From Heteronotia binoei (lineage: Eukaryota), in NCBI RefSeq assembly GCF_032191835.1, contig NC_083237.1, positions 12,152,001 through 12,216,000 of the forward strand: DNA of 64,000 bases, in the 5' to 3' direction. The notes beneath the pieces are model-generated. The model saw only the letters and a program-made list of their open reading frames with translations, did not search any database and was not told the DNA's origin. Below, piece by piece: positions 24,625-37,483 of this stretch (its first letter is position 1; each line of letters starts with the position of its first letter). The position numbers and the translations under genes were made by a program.

Positions 24625-24900
24625 TGGTGTAGTGGTTAAGTGTGCAGACTCTTATATGGGAGAACCGGGTTTGAACCTCCATCTCCTCCACTTGCAGCTG
24701 CTGGAATGGCCTTAGGTCAGCCATAGCTCTTGCAGAGCTGTCCTTGAAAGGGCAGCTTCTGGGAGAGCTCTCTCAGCCCCACCTACCTCACAGGGTGTCT
24801 GTTGTGGGGGAAGAAAATAAAAAAGATTGTAAGCCACTCTGAGACTCTGATTCAGAGATAAGGGCAGAGTATAAATCTACAATCTTCGTCTTCATCTTAT
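24625..24900 (+). mobile_element. tRNA-derived SINE (duplicate of 11222-11497)
   Basis: Inside the inverted duplication. Confidence 0.8.
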
Positions 24901-25029
24901 AGACAACACTAGGACTGCAACCACCGCATCAACCCTTCACACGGTAAGCTCACCACATAGGAAAATACATTTCAGTTGATTGGTGCCCCTGGCCAGAGTG
25001 ACAGGCAGCATGGGTGGATGAACTTTCCT

Positions 25030-25956
25030 TTACTTAGGATTCCCATGCCACAGTTTTAAGAGAATGGCCTTCATTTCTTTATTCCTGAGGGTGTATATGG
25101 CAGGGTTCAGAAATGGGGTGATGGTGGTGTAGAACATGCTCACCACACTATCCATGTAGTCCTGTGACCCCGGCCTCATGTAATGGAAAACGACTGGCAC
25201 ATAAAATATAATCACCAAAGTGATGTGGGCCGTGCAAGTGGAGAAGGCCCGGCGACGCCCTTCGCTGCTGTTGATCCTCAAAATGGCGGAGACAATGTAC
25301 ACGTAGGAAGTCAGGATGAGGAAGAAACAGGCCATGGCCACCAGGCCAACGTCCACCAAGATCACCATCTCGTTGAGAGTTTTGTCCGCGCAAGCCAGCT
25401 TCAGCAGGGCAGGATTGTCACAGAAGACATAGTCAATACGGTTGCTCCATCCATAGGGCAGTCGTAAGGTGACTGTCGTCTGCAAGCTTGAGTTCAGGCA
25501 ACCTGCAACCATTATGCCCAAACAGAGGGTGAGGCAGACCCTCCAATGCATGATGTGGCTGTAATGGAGGGGCTTGCAGATAGCAATGAAGCGGTCGTAA
25601 GCCATCACGATGTAAAGGAGACTTTCGGTGCATCCCAAGAACTGTAAAAAAAATACCTGGCACATGCATTCTCTAAAAGAGATGATTTTCCCACCAGGAA
25701 TGAACCCTGCAATCACTTTAGGAACAACGACGGAGGAGAAAGCCATATCCAGGATGGACAGATGGCAAAGGAACCAATACATGGGCTTGTGCAGCTGGGG
25801 ATGAGATGCCACCACCCAGACAATCAAGGAATTCCCAGAAAGAGTCAGAATATACATGAAGAAAAAGAAGAGTAACAACGGCACCTTCAGTTCATTGGGG
25901 AATGGGAAGCCGGAAAGGACAAACACATCAGGTGCTGTCCGATTTGGGCACTCCAT
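25030..25956 (-). CDS. Olfactory receptor, OR10G-like, intact (308 aa)
   Basis: Full ORF with canonical OR motifs. Confidence 0.95.
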   Translation of the reverse strand: MECPNRTAPDVFVLSGFPFPNELKVPLLLFFFFMYILTLSGNSLIVWVVASHPQLHKPMYWFLCHLSILDMAFSSVVVPKVIAGFIPGGKIISFRECMCQVFFLQFLGCTESLLYIVMAYDRFIAICKPLHYSHIMHWRVCLTLCLGIMVAGCLNSSLQTTVTLRLPYGWSNRIDYVFCDNPALLKLACADKTLNEMVILVDVGLVAMACFFLILTSYVYIVSAILRINSSEGRRRAFSTCTAHITLVIIFYVPVVFHYMRPGSQDYMDSVVSMFYTTITPFLNPAIYTLRNKEMKAILLKLWHGNPK

Positions 25957-27655
25957 TCATGGAGAACACATCTTAGGAAGATGCCCACAATCTTTTTCTC
26001 TGTCTCTTCCAGTACAAATGTAGGATTACAGATCCTATTTCAGATCCTAGGATTACAATTCCTATTTGCACATTCTTGCATGCAAAGGTGGGTTATCTTC
26101 ACAACCATTCACAAGGCATTTCACAATCAGTTTGTGAAACTGGTGGCCATGCTAGCCTGGAGTCCTCCAGAACCTAACATATATTTAAAAGGTGCTTGGT
26201 TAGAAATAAAATTGAGAAACACCAAGTTTAAAGGAAGTGGATGAGTGACAGATTTAGTGAGAGTAGTCAGATTATTGAGCACTGAGACATTCTCATATAG
26301 TCAAGAATATGATTGTCGATTCTAGATTCAAAGTAGACCCTGCTAGAACCCTTTCTCCTAAAGCAACAAATTCCCATCCTCATGTAATGTAGACACACTC
26401 TCAAAATAACGAGAGAGCACCCAAAGTTTTAAGGTTCCCTCTTCACACATTTAGAGTTGGTGTACTGTTGATCTCTAATGACTGGCAATAGAATTATGAC
26501 TTGGGGGGCCTGTTCTGAAGCTTGCTGGACTTCAGGAGTCTGCAAGAGGAACCGGATATTGTCCAGCACAGTGCCAAAACCTGCATTTCACCCCCTCCCC
26601 CACAACAAGTCTACTTACATTTGTAAGTATAAGTTTGAAAGGGTCTTCATAACCTATCTCCCCACTTCAGCAAGGACATGAACCCAACTTTAATTGGCCC
26701 CTCTTGTTGTCTTGTTGCTCTGTCCTAGAAGAATTGATAGAAACTATCAATGGATTTTTTTTTTGAGCAAGCTTAACAGTTTTGTGAGATACCACAGGCT
26801 ACAAGTTCTTACATGTTACTTGCTGACTTCTTAACATTTCCGTTAGTTCCACCAATAAACTTATCTGAGATGTTTATCAATGGAAGATCTGCTTCTCACT
26901 AATTAAAATGAGTTAAGCGCCTGCAAACAAATCTTCCTCAGGATCAATATCTGAAAGTGAAGCATTTTGGACATGAGACTCTGAAGTGAAGATTTCCTTC
27001 TAGAAAGGCAACAATGCCTTTTGTTGCCTCCCTCCCCCCCCCCCCAAGAACAAAGAATCTTGTGGCTTCTCAAAGACTGTCACATATTACGGTAACTGGT
27101 CCAGAGTCTGTTTGGCCAAAATGTTGTCTTGTTTCTTCTGCTGTTTAATTTCTTTGATCTTCAGGCCAGAAGTTGCTTCACTCTTTCAAATCCATGTCTT
27201 CCAAATGTTTTAATTAGATGATGATACTTTTGCTTGCTACACACTTTCACTTAAGGAGAGATAACCTGAATAGGAGGAAGCATTCTGGATGGAGGTTCTT
27301 CTTCAATTCAGGTGTATCTTTTGCTAGAGATCATTCAGGCGCATCTTCTGGGAGATGCATCTACTGGTAAAGATAATGCCGGCTGTTCTCCACCACCAGA
27401 AACACAGACTACTTTCTCCTAAGTCTTACATTATTTTATCATCTGCATGTCCCAAGCATCCACTGTACTCCTCCCACGTGTCTCACAGTCATGTTCCTAT
27501 TGAGAGTTAAGATGTTTCCTCTAATCCCAGTGAGTGTTATTAAATGATTTATTTGGAGGTAGTATAGATTTATTTTGTTTGCTGGGGTAATTTTTTTTTT
27601 TTGGTCTGACTGGACTTCTGCAGTAGTTCTCAGACTTTTTGAAGGGGTCCCTCTT

Positions 27656-27870
27656 TAGGTTTGCCAACCTCCAGGTGGAGCCTGGAGATCTCCTGAATTA
27701 CAATTGATCTCCAGACAACAGAGATCAGTTCTCCAGAGTAAACGGCAGTTTGGAGAGAGAACTCTATAGCATTACATCCTGTTGTGCTCCATCCCCTCCC
27801 CAAAACCTACCTTCCTTCAGCTCCATCCCCAAATCTCCAGGAATTTTTCATCCTGGGGTTGGCAACCTTC
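27656..27870. mobile_element. TAGGGTTGCC-type MITE
   Basis: taggtttgccaac..gttggcaacc inverted ends. Confidence 0.6.
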
Positions 27871-27959
27871 TCCCGCTTATTACTGTATTTTGGGCCCCCC
27901 TTGTACAGCAACTCTATTCTCTGTCCCACACTCAGCAACCTAAAACAAGGAATCTCACA

Positions 27960-28278
27960 GTAATAATATTATTGTTGTTGTTGTTATCATTATTATTATT
28001 ATTATTATTTTGTATTTATTTCCCACATTCCACTCCGAAACTCAAGAGTCTCAGAGCAGCTCACAATCTCCTTTTCCTTCCTTCCCCACAACAGACACCC
28101 TGTGAGGTGGGTGGGGCTGAGAGAGCTCCCCCAGAAGCTTCCCTTTCAAGAACAATTCTGTAAGAGCTATGGCTGACCAAGGCCAATCCAGCAGCTGCAA
28201 GTGGAGGAGTGGGGAATCAAACCCAGTTCTCCCAGATAAGAGTCCGCACACTTAACCATTACACCAAACTGGCTCTCC
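27960..28278 (-). mobile_element. tRNA-derived SINE with (ATT/GTT)n tail
   Basis: A and B boxes; shared body. Confidence 0.82.
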
Positions 28279-28282
28279 ATTT

Positions 28283-28370
<88 letters not shown>

Positions 28371-28397
28371 TTTCACTCTCTATCTCTCTCCCTTTCT

Positions 28398-28532
28398 NNN
28401 NNNNNNNNNNNNNNNNNNNNNNNNNNNNNNNNNNNNNNNNNNNNNNNNNNNNNNNNNNNNNNNNNNNNNNNNNNNNNNNNNNNNNNNNNNNNNNNNNNNN
28501 NNNNNNNNNNNNNNNNNNNNNNNNNNNNNNNN
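28398..28532. other. Assembly gap (N run)
   Basis: 135 N. Confidence 0.99.
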
Positions 28533-28744
28533 TTCATGGCTATTTCATACATGTCTCCCAAAATTTACCCTGTTCCTTCTATTTAGGGCTGGCATTATTG
28601 GCATGGATCGGCAGCCTACTTTTCAGTCCCGGTCCACAATTTGAGAACTGTAAGCCCTCAGAGCATCTCTCATGCTCCCCAGCAATGGCACAATATTTTA
28701 TCCAGTGATTTTAATGGTTTTTGTCTATAATTTATTTGCCCTGA

Positions 28745-28925
28745 TGTGGACGGCCCAGGCTAGCCCAATCTCATCAGATCTCAGAAGCTAAGCAGGGTCA
28801 GTCATGATGGGACACCACCAAGGAATTCTGGGACATTCCACAGAGATGGGCAATGGGAAACCACCTCTCAACGTCTCTTGTCTTGAAAACCATGTGGGAT
28901 TTCAGTAAGCTGGCTGTGACTAGAC
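28745..28925 (+). mobile_element. 5S rRNA-derived SINE with RTE-like tail (5S-Sauria-like)
   Basis: cccaatctcatcagatctcagaagctaagcagggtca resembles 5S rRNA; related copies at 4420-4560 (-), 30890-31030 and 43520-43680. Confidence 0.65.
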
Positions 28926-28939
28926 AGGACTTTTCAACA

Positions 28940-29172
28940 CCATTTAGCTTATTTACTTCCTTTATTCTCCGCCTTTCTCTCCAATGGGGACCCAAATCGG
29001 CTTGCATTACTTTCCTCTCATCCATTTTTTCCCTCAGAAGAATCCTCAGAGGGAGCTGAAACTGAGACTCAATGGCCCAGGGTCCTCCAGCAAGCTTCCA
29101 TGGCCGAGTGTGGATTTGAACCTGGCAACTCCCAGATCCTAGTCTGACACTCTAACCACTCCTCCACACTGG
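28940..29172 (-). mobile_element. Older tRNA-derived SINE (MIR/Squam3A-like)
   Basis: Head ccagtgtggaggagtggttagagtgtcagactaggatctggg; core ccctgggccattg. Confidence 0.65.
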
Positions 29173-29481
29173 GTGAATAGGAGACAGAAGAGAATCTACT
29201 GTACCTCAGGCTCCACAGAGCCGGTTTGAAAAGGCGTAGTTGGGATAAACTCGGGTATCGAGGATGCCCCGAGTTATTTTTTTTAAATTAATCTATATTT
29301 TATTTATGCCACACATTTCTCTCCAATTCAAGTCCTTCATTTGGAAGTGAACCAGATGCAAATCTACAGACATTGAGACCACCTTCATAGCTCCACTCTG
29401 ATAATCCACCCAAACACCATTTCGTGAAATCAAACGGAGTTGACTGGTGATAACAACTTAGGGCAGAACGTAGCCATACAA

Positions 29482-30420
29482 CTATGCTGCTGTTTCCTTG
29501 GGATTCCCAACCCATAGTTTCAACAGAGCAGCCTTCATCTCTGTATTCCTGATTGTGTAGATGACAGGATTCAGAAATGGAGTTATTGTGGTGTAGAACA
29601 TGCTCACCACACTATCCATGTAGTCCTGAGACCCTGGCCTCATGTAATGGAAAATAGCTGGCACATAAAATACCATCACCAAAGTGATGTGAGCCGAGCA
29701 TGTGGAGAAGGCCCGGCGACGCCCTTCACTGCTGTTGATCTTCAAAATGGCGGAAACGATATAGAAATAGGAGGCCAGGATAAGCATGAAGCAGGCTACG
29801 GCCACCAGGCCGACATCCACAAAGATCACCATCTCATTGAGAGTTGTGTCTGCACATGCCAGCTTCAGCAGGGCAGGGACGTCACAAAAGACGTAGTCAA
29901 CCTGGTTGCTCCTTCCATAGGGCAATTGAAAGGTGAGGGTCGTCTCTAACACTGAGTTCAGGCAGCCTCCGATCATGGAACCCAAACAGAGGGTGAGGCA
30001 GACTCTCCAATGCATGATGTGGCTGTAGTGGAGGGGCTTGCAGATAGCAATGAACCGGTCGTAAGCCATAACGGTGTAAAGGAGACTTTCAGCACATCCA
30101 AGAAACTGCAAAAAGAATACCTGACATAAACATTCCTCAAAAGTGATGATGTTCCCACCAGGGAAGAACCCTGCGATCACTCTAGGGATCACAGTGGAGG
30201 AGAAAGCCATATCCAGGATGGACAAATGGCAGAGGAACCAGTACATGGGCTTGTGCAACTGGACATCAGATGCCACCACCCAGAGACTCAGGGAATTTCC
30301 ACAAAGAGCCAGAATGTACATGATCAAGAAGAAAAGTAACAGTGGCACCTTCAGTTCATTGGGGAATGAGAAACCAGAGATGATGAACACAGTTGGCGCT
30401 GTTTGATTTGGACACTCCAT
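29482..30420 (-). CDS. Olfactory receptor, OR10G-like, intact (312 aa)
   Basis: Full ORF with canonical OR motifs. Confidence 0.95.
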   Translation of the reverse strand: MECPNQTAPTVFIISGFSFPNELKVPLLLFFLIMYILALCGNSLSLWVVASDVQLHKPMYWFLCHLSILDMAFSSTVIPRVIAGFFPGGNIITFEECLCQVFFLQFLGCAESLLYTVMAYDRFIAICKPLHYSHIMHWRVCLTLCLGSMIGGCLNSVLETTLTFQLPYGRSNQVDYVFCDVPALLKLACADTTLNEMVIFVDVGLVAVACFMLILASYFYIVSAILKINSSEGRRRAFSTCSAHITLVMVFYVPAIFHYMRPGSQDYMDSVVSMFYTTITPFLNPVIYTIRNTEMKAALLKLWVGNPKETAA

Positions 30421-31210
30421 TAGCTGAACATTTATATCAGGGTCATTGAAGCAGTGTCAGGGAGACTTTTTTGTTCCTTTTCCAAAGCAAGTGCTGGATT
30501 ACAGTTCCTGTCCCAACATCCTTTCACACAACAGCAGGCTATCCACACTCGTATTCCTGAATAGTCTTATGTGAAAGAGATGACCTAGTCTGAAGAACCT
30601 GATAACACCATATTTAGAAGGTTCTAGAATTTTATAAGTTTGAGAAAGCTGGGGACACACTGAGTTTAAAGTAGGTGGATTGGTGCTGCTTGTACAGATA
30701 ACACTTAAACCATTAGGAAAGGAATGGTGCCCTGGGCAAGCACCAGTCGTTTCTGACTCTGGGGGACATTGCTTTCACAACGTTTTCATGGTAGACTTTT
30801 TATGGGGTGGTTTGCCATTGCCTTCCCCAGTCTTTTACATTTTCCCCCCAGCAAGACTGACTACTTAATCAGACTGCCCGCACTGACCTGGATGACCCAG
30901 GATAGCTTCTCTTGTCAAGGTCAGCTGGGGTTAGTACTTAGATGAGATACCTCCAAGGAAGTCCAGGGTTGTTATGCAGGGGCAGGCAATGGCAAGCCAC
31001 CTTTGTTTGTCTTTTGCCTTGAAAACTCTTTGAGGTTAGCACTTTTCTGTTAGATATCACGGTCCTCAGATAATCTGGAACTGATCTTGGAATATAGAGT
31101 CAAAGCATGCTAGATCCTTCACAACTAAAGGAATGGTCTCTTCCTCTTCAGATTAGGTACAAAGATATCCTAAAAATAAAGGAACAACACACGTTTTAAG
31201 ATATCATCTT

Positions 31211-33728
31211 GTTTCCGGTAACGACATGGTGCTAACAGATGTGTTTGTCGGAGCTCCGGCTCTGCAGCGTCTGTGCTGGTCTTTTTGGGGGGGTTCTTCA
31301 GCTGGCAAGAACTCGGTGGTGCCCCTGTTGGAGGGGCACTCGTGCGGAGGAGTGCTGGGTGCTCTGTGCCGGTTTTTCTGAGCATAGAGCCCATTCAACA
31401 TACTACTTCAAGCCCGGATAGACCAGACGCCTTAATGGCGAATTAGCTGTGACCACTGGAGAAGGGGAATAGGCGAAGTGGCATTTGGAGGACAGAATAA
31501 ATGGTAAAGAAGGGGAAAAGAAAGTATATCTGACTCTAAAACTGGAGATATAAACGAAGGAAAGAACTTACTAAGTGAGTTGTTTTGCCCCTACTTTCGA
31601 GTGGAGTCTGAAGCTGGGGGGAAGAGACTTGGTTTGGCGAATACACAAAGGCAGAAAGTGGAGGAGTGGTGGAGGACTACCTTGGCAGCAACGGCGGAGC
31701 TTGGGAGTCGCAGACTGGCTGTGATTGTCAAAGTTTGTGAAGAGCACTGAGACAGAGGAGGTGAAGAAAGGGGGAAAAGAGGAAAGAAGCAGGAGATTTC
31801 TGATGATTTAAGGGGAGCCTTCATGAACTTCTTTTCCTCTCCCTTTTCCCATATGCTCGTGCATGGCGATTTTCTTAAAGAGACAAGGAGCTAAAGATGG
31901 GAGGCTTTTGATGTAGTATAGAGTTTCCAGGAATGCAAGGGCGGAGGTGAGGTGGAGAGGCTGGAATTTTGTTGGCAGAGATGTGGAAGAACAGGAATGG
32001 ATTTACTGAACTGGCTTTTTGAACTTGTAGCAGAAAAGAGGAGCAGAGATTGAGATTAAGAAGAGGAAGAAAAGGGAGAAGAAGAAGTGGAAGACAGAAG
32101 GATAAGCGGTTGGGAAACATTAAGGATTCAAAAGAGACAGTTAACAAATAATTAATGGATTGAATAATTAACTATTGTTAATTTGATTACTGCTGATTTT
32201 CTATATGATTTTCTATATGTAATGAGTTAATGTGAATGTTCGGGTGAAGGGTGTTTGGTGGTAAAGAACAGTAATTTAAGGATATAAAAACCAACTGGCA
32301 TGTGAGAGTGTTAAAGGAAGGTGATGTATGAATTTTGAGTGAAGTAAGGCGAAGTAGTAGTATATGAATTGGAATTGGGGCGGCAGGAAGACCTTGGACA
32401 ATAGAAAAATGAGTACGACATACAAGAAAGACAAAACAGATAGGTTAGTCCCGCTATCGGCAACTTTAAAACTGATGGAGGTAATGTCCTCACAGGAAGT
32501 TATAAAGGAATTGCAGAATTCTATGCAACTGTATTTTATGAATGCATTGAGTCAGGTGCAGGCAAATCTGACAGAACAATTAGATGGAGTAAATAAGAAA
32601 TTAGATGGCCTGCAAAAGCAACTGACGGAAGTAAAGGAAGAGATTCATGGCTTGACACAATCTACAAAATATGTGGAAGGAAAGTTGGAAGTAGTGAATG
32701 AAAAGTCGGAGGAGATTGAAAAAGTTCAAAAATACGAAGGGGACAGATTAGTGAGAATAGAAACGGCACAGGTAGTGCATATTTCAGGAATGCAGAATAT
32801 TCCAGAGGATAGGTATGACGATATAAAGGAGGTGATAGTAGAGATCTTGACACCAGTTGTTGGTATGAAGAAAAAGGAATTGGAGAAAGATATAGAAAAT
32901 GGCTACAGAGCTTGCCTTATTTATTTCAAGGAACACCTCCTGCTGAGAGAAGTTTATATAAGTGTATATAGAGGAAAATGAAAGAATGAGAGACAATGAC
33001 GATGAGAGACAAATCATTAAAGTTATATCGTTGGCATATTACACCAATAAAACTGAAGAAAGTGTATTCCGAAATTGCTGGTTGCTTTGTTGCAGGGAAA
33101 CAAATTGATACCATGCAATTCATAAACAAAGTAAGATGATTTGAAATGCCAATGTTTTTTTTTTCTTCTTTTTTGGACCACAGTGTAGAAGAAAGAAAGT
33201 TTTTTTTCCCCCGTTAGTTCTAGACTTAGCTGAGCTAGATACTTTGATGGAGATATTAAGAGAAGAAATTAACAAATAGACAAACAGATAGAAGGAAAAT
33301 GGAATTTATTGTATGAAAGTGTATTCCGAACTTGCTGGGTTTTTTGTTGTTGTTGCAGGGAATTAAATTGATACTATGTAATTTATAAACAAAGTAAGAT
33401 GACTTGAAATGCCAAATGTTCTTTTGGATCATAGCGCAGAAGAAAGAAAGTATTTTTGGTTGGTTCTAGACTGAGCTGAGGTAGATGCTCTGATGGAGAT
33501 ATTAAGAGAAGAAATTAACAAATAGACAAATAGATAGAAGGGAAATGGAACTTATTGTATGAATGGTTATGGGGAAAAGATAATAAGAATAACAAAGGAT
33601 TTGTATTCTAATGATATAAGTATATAATGCATCCCGCGGTCTACATCCCTAAGTTTATGTTTTGTATATATATATATATTGTTGTTGTTGTTGTTAAATG
33701 TAATAAAAAGTTAAAACCAAAAAAAAAA
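31211..33728 (+). mobile_element. Internally deleted L1 derivative: 5' UTR, partial ORF1, ORF2 C-terminal remnant, polyA
   Basis: 13-bp TSD aagatatcatctt (31198-31210, 33729-33741); TT/AAGA endonuclease site; AATAAA and A-tail; RWHITPIKL motif of the ORF2 C-terminus. Confidence 0.8.
32364..32981 (+). pseudogene. L1 ORF1p-like fragment (coiled coil plus start of RRM-like region)
   Basis: Heptad-rich coiled coil followed by NIPE..DIKEVI and REVYI segments resembling squamate L1 ORF1; truncated. Confidence 0.6.
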
Positions 33729-34780
33729 AAGATATCATCTTACCTATTTAAGCTCCATGAACTGCTTTCTAGTAACATCCTGGAATGAGATGCAGAGATC
33801 CTGGTGTTTTGGCCTTTCTTTTAGCTGACTGGATTACTTCAGACTTCAGGAGGACTCATACCATTGTACAGGAGAACACCAAAACTAGCTTCTGACATCC
33901 ATACGAATTTTGCATGCTTTTCCAAAGATTTAACACCGACTTCACACCTCCTCAAGGCCACAGACCTAATTTAATCAGTGCTGGTGAAATGGTTATTTTA
34001 GTGAGCTGTTATGGCTCTAATAGAATTTCTAACTGGTAGAAAATAAAGGGTCATATTTTAATAAGACACTATTAGCTACCAAAGCTTACTTGTTACTTGT
34101 TGGCTTCCTGTCATTTCAGTTTGTTTCACTGCTGATGGAATATCTGGCTCTGAATTGTAATTCAAGCTTTTGTAAATGCATCTTCCTCAGCCTCAGCATT
34201 CTGAGTATACATGTTGGTGGAGGCAGGATTTCCATTCCATGGTCATGGCTTGCAGTCAGAACAACAAAGTACCTTACGGCTTCTTAAACACAGTTCCATA
34301 TCATGGCATTTAAACCAGCACCTATTTGTCTTTCCCATCTCTTCTCACTTGATACTTCCACTGTTTTCTTCCCTCTACAATCTGTAGGGTCGTTCCTTTA
34401 CACTTTTACATCTATGTCTTCCCACTGTTTCAATCACTGTGCGATGAAAGTGCTTCCATCATATCATCTGTCAAGAAGGAGAACTTGTCCATGGAAGACT
34501 GTTGTGGACAGAGAACCCAGGCAGAATGATGTACCTAGACGAGAGGTCATCTTTAATTCAGGTTCACCTACTGCTAGGAAGGACGTGTGGGATGAATCTT
34601 CTTCACCAGCAGGAACATGTTCTGCTTTGTCATATTCCTTTATACCATTTCATAATTTGGGAGACACAAGCTTCCCCTTTGGTCATTTCCCCAAAGCGTT
34701 GCAGACATGTTCACTGGTGACAATTAGGATGTTTATGATGAATCCTTTCCACTAATTCCAGGGAGTGTTGTTAACTCCAG

Positions 34781-35065
34781 GGAGAGCCAGTTTGGTGTAG
34801 TGGTTAAGTGTGCGGACTCGAATCTGGGAGAACCGGGTGTGATTCCTCCTCCACCTGGACCTGCTGGAATGGCCCTTGGGTCAGCCATAGCTCTTGCAAG
34901 AGTTGTCCTTGAAAGGGCAGCTGCTGTGAGTGCCCTCTCAGCCCCACCCACCTCACAGAGTGTCTGTTGTGGGGGGAGAAGATATCGGAGATTGTCAGCT
35001 GCTTTGAGACTCTGATTCAGAGAGAAGGGCAGGGTATAAGTCCGCAGTCTTCTTCTTCTTCTTGA
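34781..35065 (+). mobile_element. tRNA-derived SINE (Squam3-like)
   Basis: Full head; (ctt)n tail; absent in the paralog near 44575. Confidence 0.85.
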
Positions 35066-35681
35066 CACTTTGGAGGAATGTTATATTTCTGTTTGCTACA
35101 GAGGGAAAAAACCTGCTGAATGATTAGCTACAACATTTTGTGAGCTTGCCAGTTTTGGCAAAGTTACTCGGCCAGTGGTTTAAGTAACTGACATGGAGAA
35201 ACATCAAAAACATATACCCAGTTCAGCATGGTGAAGTTACTGGGGAGGGACCATGGTTGGGGCTAAGCCCTGGTTTTGGGGTGCTTTGAAATATTTTTAG
35301 GTAATGGTGTTCTGGTTTAAGGTCAATGTGTGGTTCTGTTAAAAAATGGTTGATTTGGTCCCCCCACCCCGCCTTCTTCCGTAAGTTTTCCAGAGGAAGT
35401 TACAACCACACTACTACTGCAAGTCCCAATGGCAATTGCTGTGTATAAAGTGGGGCATGGGCTCCATTGAAATTGTAACCATGATGCACAGAGGGGAGGG
35501 GCTGTTACTTCCACCTATGGGCTGCAGGGGCGGGTGTTATTTGCAAAAATTCAGTGCACGCACAACCTCCTGGCAGAGTGAACTACGCCCTCTGCAGCTC
35601 CCCAGTTGTTTCAACTGCCAAAAATGTCATGGGGAGGGCACGCAGGAACCCCCCTCCCATGGTGTCCCGATCAGAAGTACA

Positions 35682-36360
35682 TAAGAACATCAGAGAAGCC
35701 ATGTTGGATCAGGCCAATGGCCCATCCAGTCCAACACTCTGTGTCACATAAGAACATAAGAGAAGCCATGTTGGATCAGGCCAGACTGGCCCATCCAGTC
35801 CAGCACTTTGTGTCACATAAGAACATAAGAGAAGCCATGTTGGATCAAGCCAATGGCCCATCCAGTCCAGCACTTCGTGTCACATAAGAACATAAGAGAA
35901 GCCATGTTGGATCAGGCCAATGGCCCATCCAGTCCAGCACTTTGTGTCACATAAGAACATGAGAGAAGCCATGTTGGATCAAGCCAATGGCCCATCCAGT
36001 CCAGCACTCTGTGTCACATAAGAACAAAAGAGAAGCCATGTTGGATCAGGCCAGTGGACCATCCATTCCAGCACTCTGTGTCACATAAGAACATCAGAGA
36101 AGCCATGTTGGATCAGGCCAATGGCCCATCCAGTCCAACACTCTGTGTCACATAAGAACAACAGAGAAGCCATATTGGATCAGGCCAATGGCCCATCCAG
36201 TCCAACACTCTGTGTCACATAAGAACAACAGAGAAGCCATATTGGATCAGGCCAATGGCCCATCCAGTCCAACACTCTGCGTCACATAAGAACATAAGAG
36301 AAGCCATGTTGGATCAGGCCAATGGCCCAACCAGTCCAACACTCTGTGTCACACAGTGGC
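35682..36360 (-). repeat. Tandem array of 10 x 67-bp CR1 3' termini
   Basis: Unit taagaacataagagaagccatgttggatcaggccaatggcccatccagtccaacactctgtgtcaca; followed by (TA)n. Confidence 0.92.

Positions 36361-36362
<2 letters not shown>

Positions 36363-36447
<85 letters not shown>
36363..36447. repeat. (TA)n microsatellite
   Basis: Direct read; other microsatellites: (TTTC)n at 28281-28370 and (CA)n(TA)n at 36701-36777. Confidence 0.95.
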
Positions 36448-36450
<3 letters not shown>

Positions 36451-36695
36451 TCTGTCTCTGCTTTTTAACACAGAAGTCAACAATGCTGTTGAGAAGTTTT
36501 GAGACTGGGCTTTCTCCTGCTTTCTGGCAAGTCAGTTTCTCTGTACCTTAGCCGTTGACTGTCTGCTCTCATATAGTTTTTGCTAAAATCTTGTCGAGTC
36601 AAGTCTAGATTTATACCTCTTGAGGTTTTTTTAAATTTATCTCCTCAAAGAGTTGTTTTGATCTCTCTTGGAGAGGATAATTTATAACTAACTGG

Positions 36696-36779
<84 letters not shown>

Positions 36780-36833
36780 CAATGAATCAAGTTTACAGGA
36801 TATAGAGTTTAGTTTTTGAAAAACTGCTTAGAG

Positions 36834-36925
36834 CAGGGGTGGCCAACAGTAGCTCTCCAGCCAGCCCCAGCCAGCATGGGAGTTGTAGGCAAAAACATCT
36901 GGAGAGCTACCCTTGGCCACCCCTG
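36834..36925. mobile_element. hAT MITE (internally deleted)
   Basis: caggggtggccaac TIR; TSD gcttagag. Confidence 0.85.
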
Positions 36926-37483
36926 GCTTAGAGTGTTTGTCCTGTGTGGAGACAGCAACCTTTAATGAAGTCCACTGGTCAAGAACAACCAGAGATCACC
37001 AGAAGGATTTGCTCTCCAGAGTATAATGCTCTTTGGGAGGCATACCAGGAAAGATGGTCCCATACGTACATTACCCTCAGGCCACAGGGCCTTAAAGGTT
37101 AATACCAGAACCTTGAACCTGATCCAGTATTCAACCTGGAGCTAGTGCAGCTGGCAAACAACTGGTCTGAATATGTGCTATCAAAGGGGTCCCCATAAGG
37201 ACATGGGTCTCTGCATTCTGGACCAGTTGCAATTCCCAGTTCAGTCTCAGGGGTAACCCTATGTAGAGTGAGTTACAGTAGTCTGACCTGGAGATGACCA
37301 TTGCAGGGATTTCTGTAGGCAGGTCAGAGCAAAACAGGAAAGCAGTCAGTTGCCTGATCTATAGTTGGAGGAACACCAGTCTGACAACATTTTGACTAAT
37401 TGAGAAATATCAAGTAATAGGTTCAGTTCAGCCATGGGATTGGAACCAGAGGAGCCCTTCCACTCATGGAAGATTTAGAAATT

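Noticed and set aside
28745-28830. 5S rRNA gene
   Set aside because: Partial, diverged and fused to an RTE-like tail, so it is a SINE
35682-36360. CRISPR-like array
   Set aside because: No unique spacers; units are contiguous CR1 3' ends in a vertebrate genome
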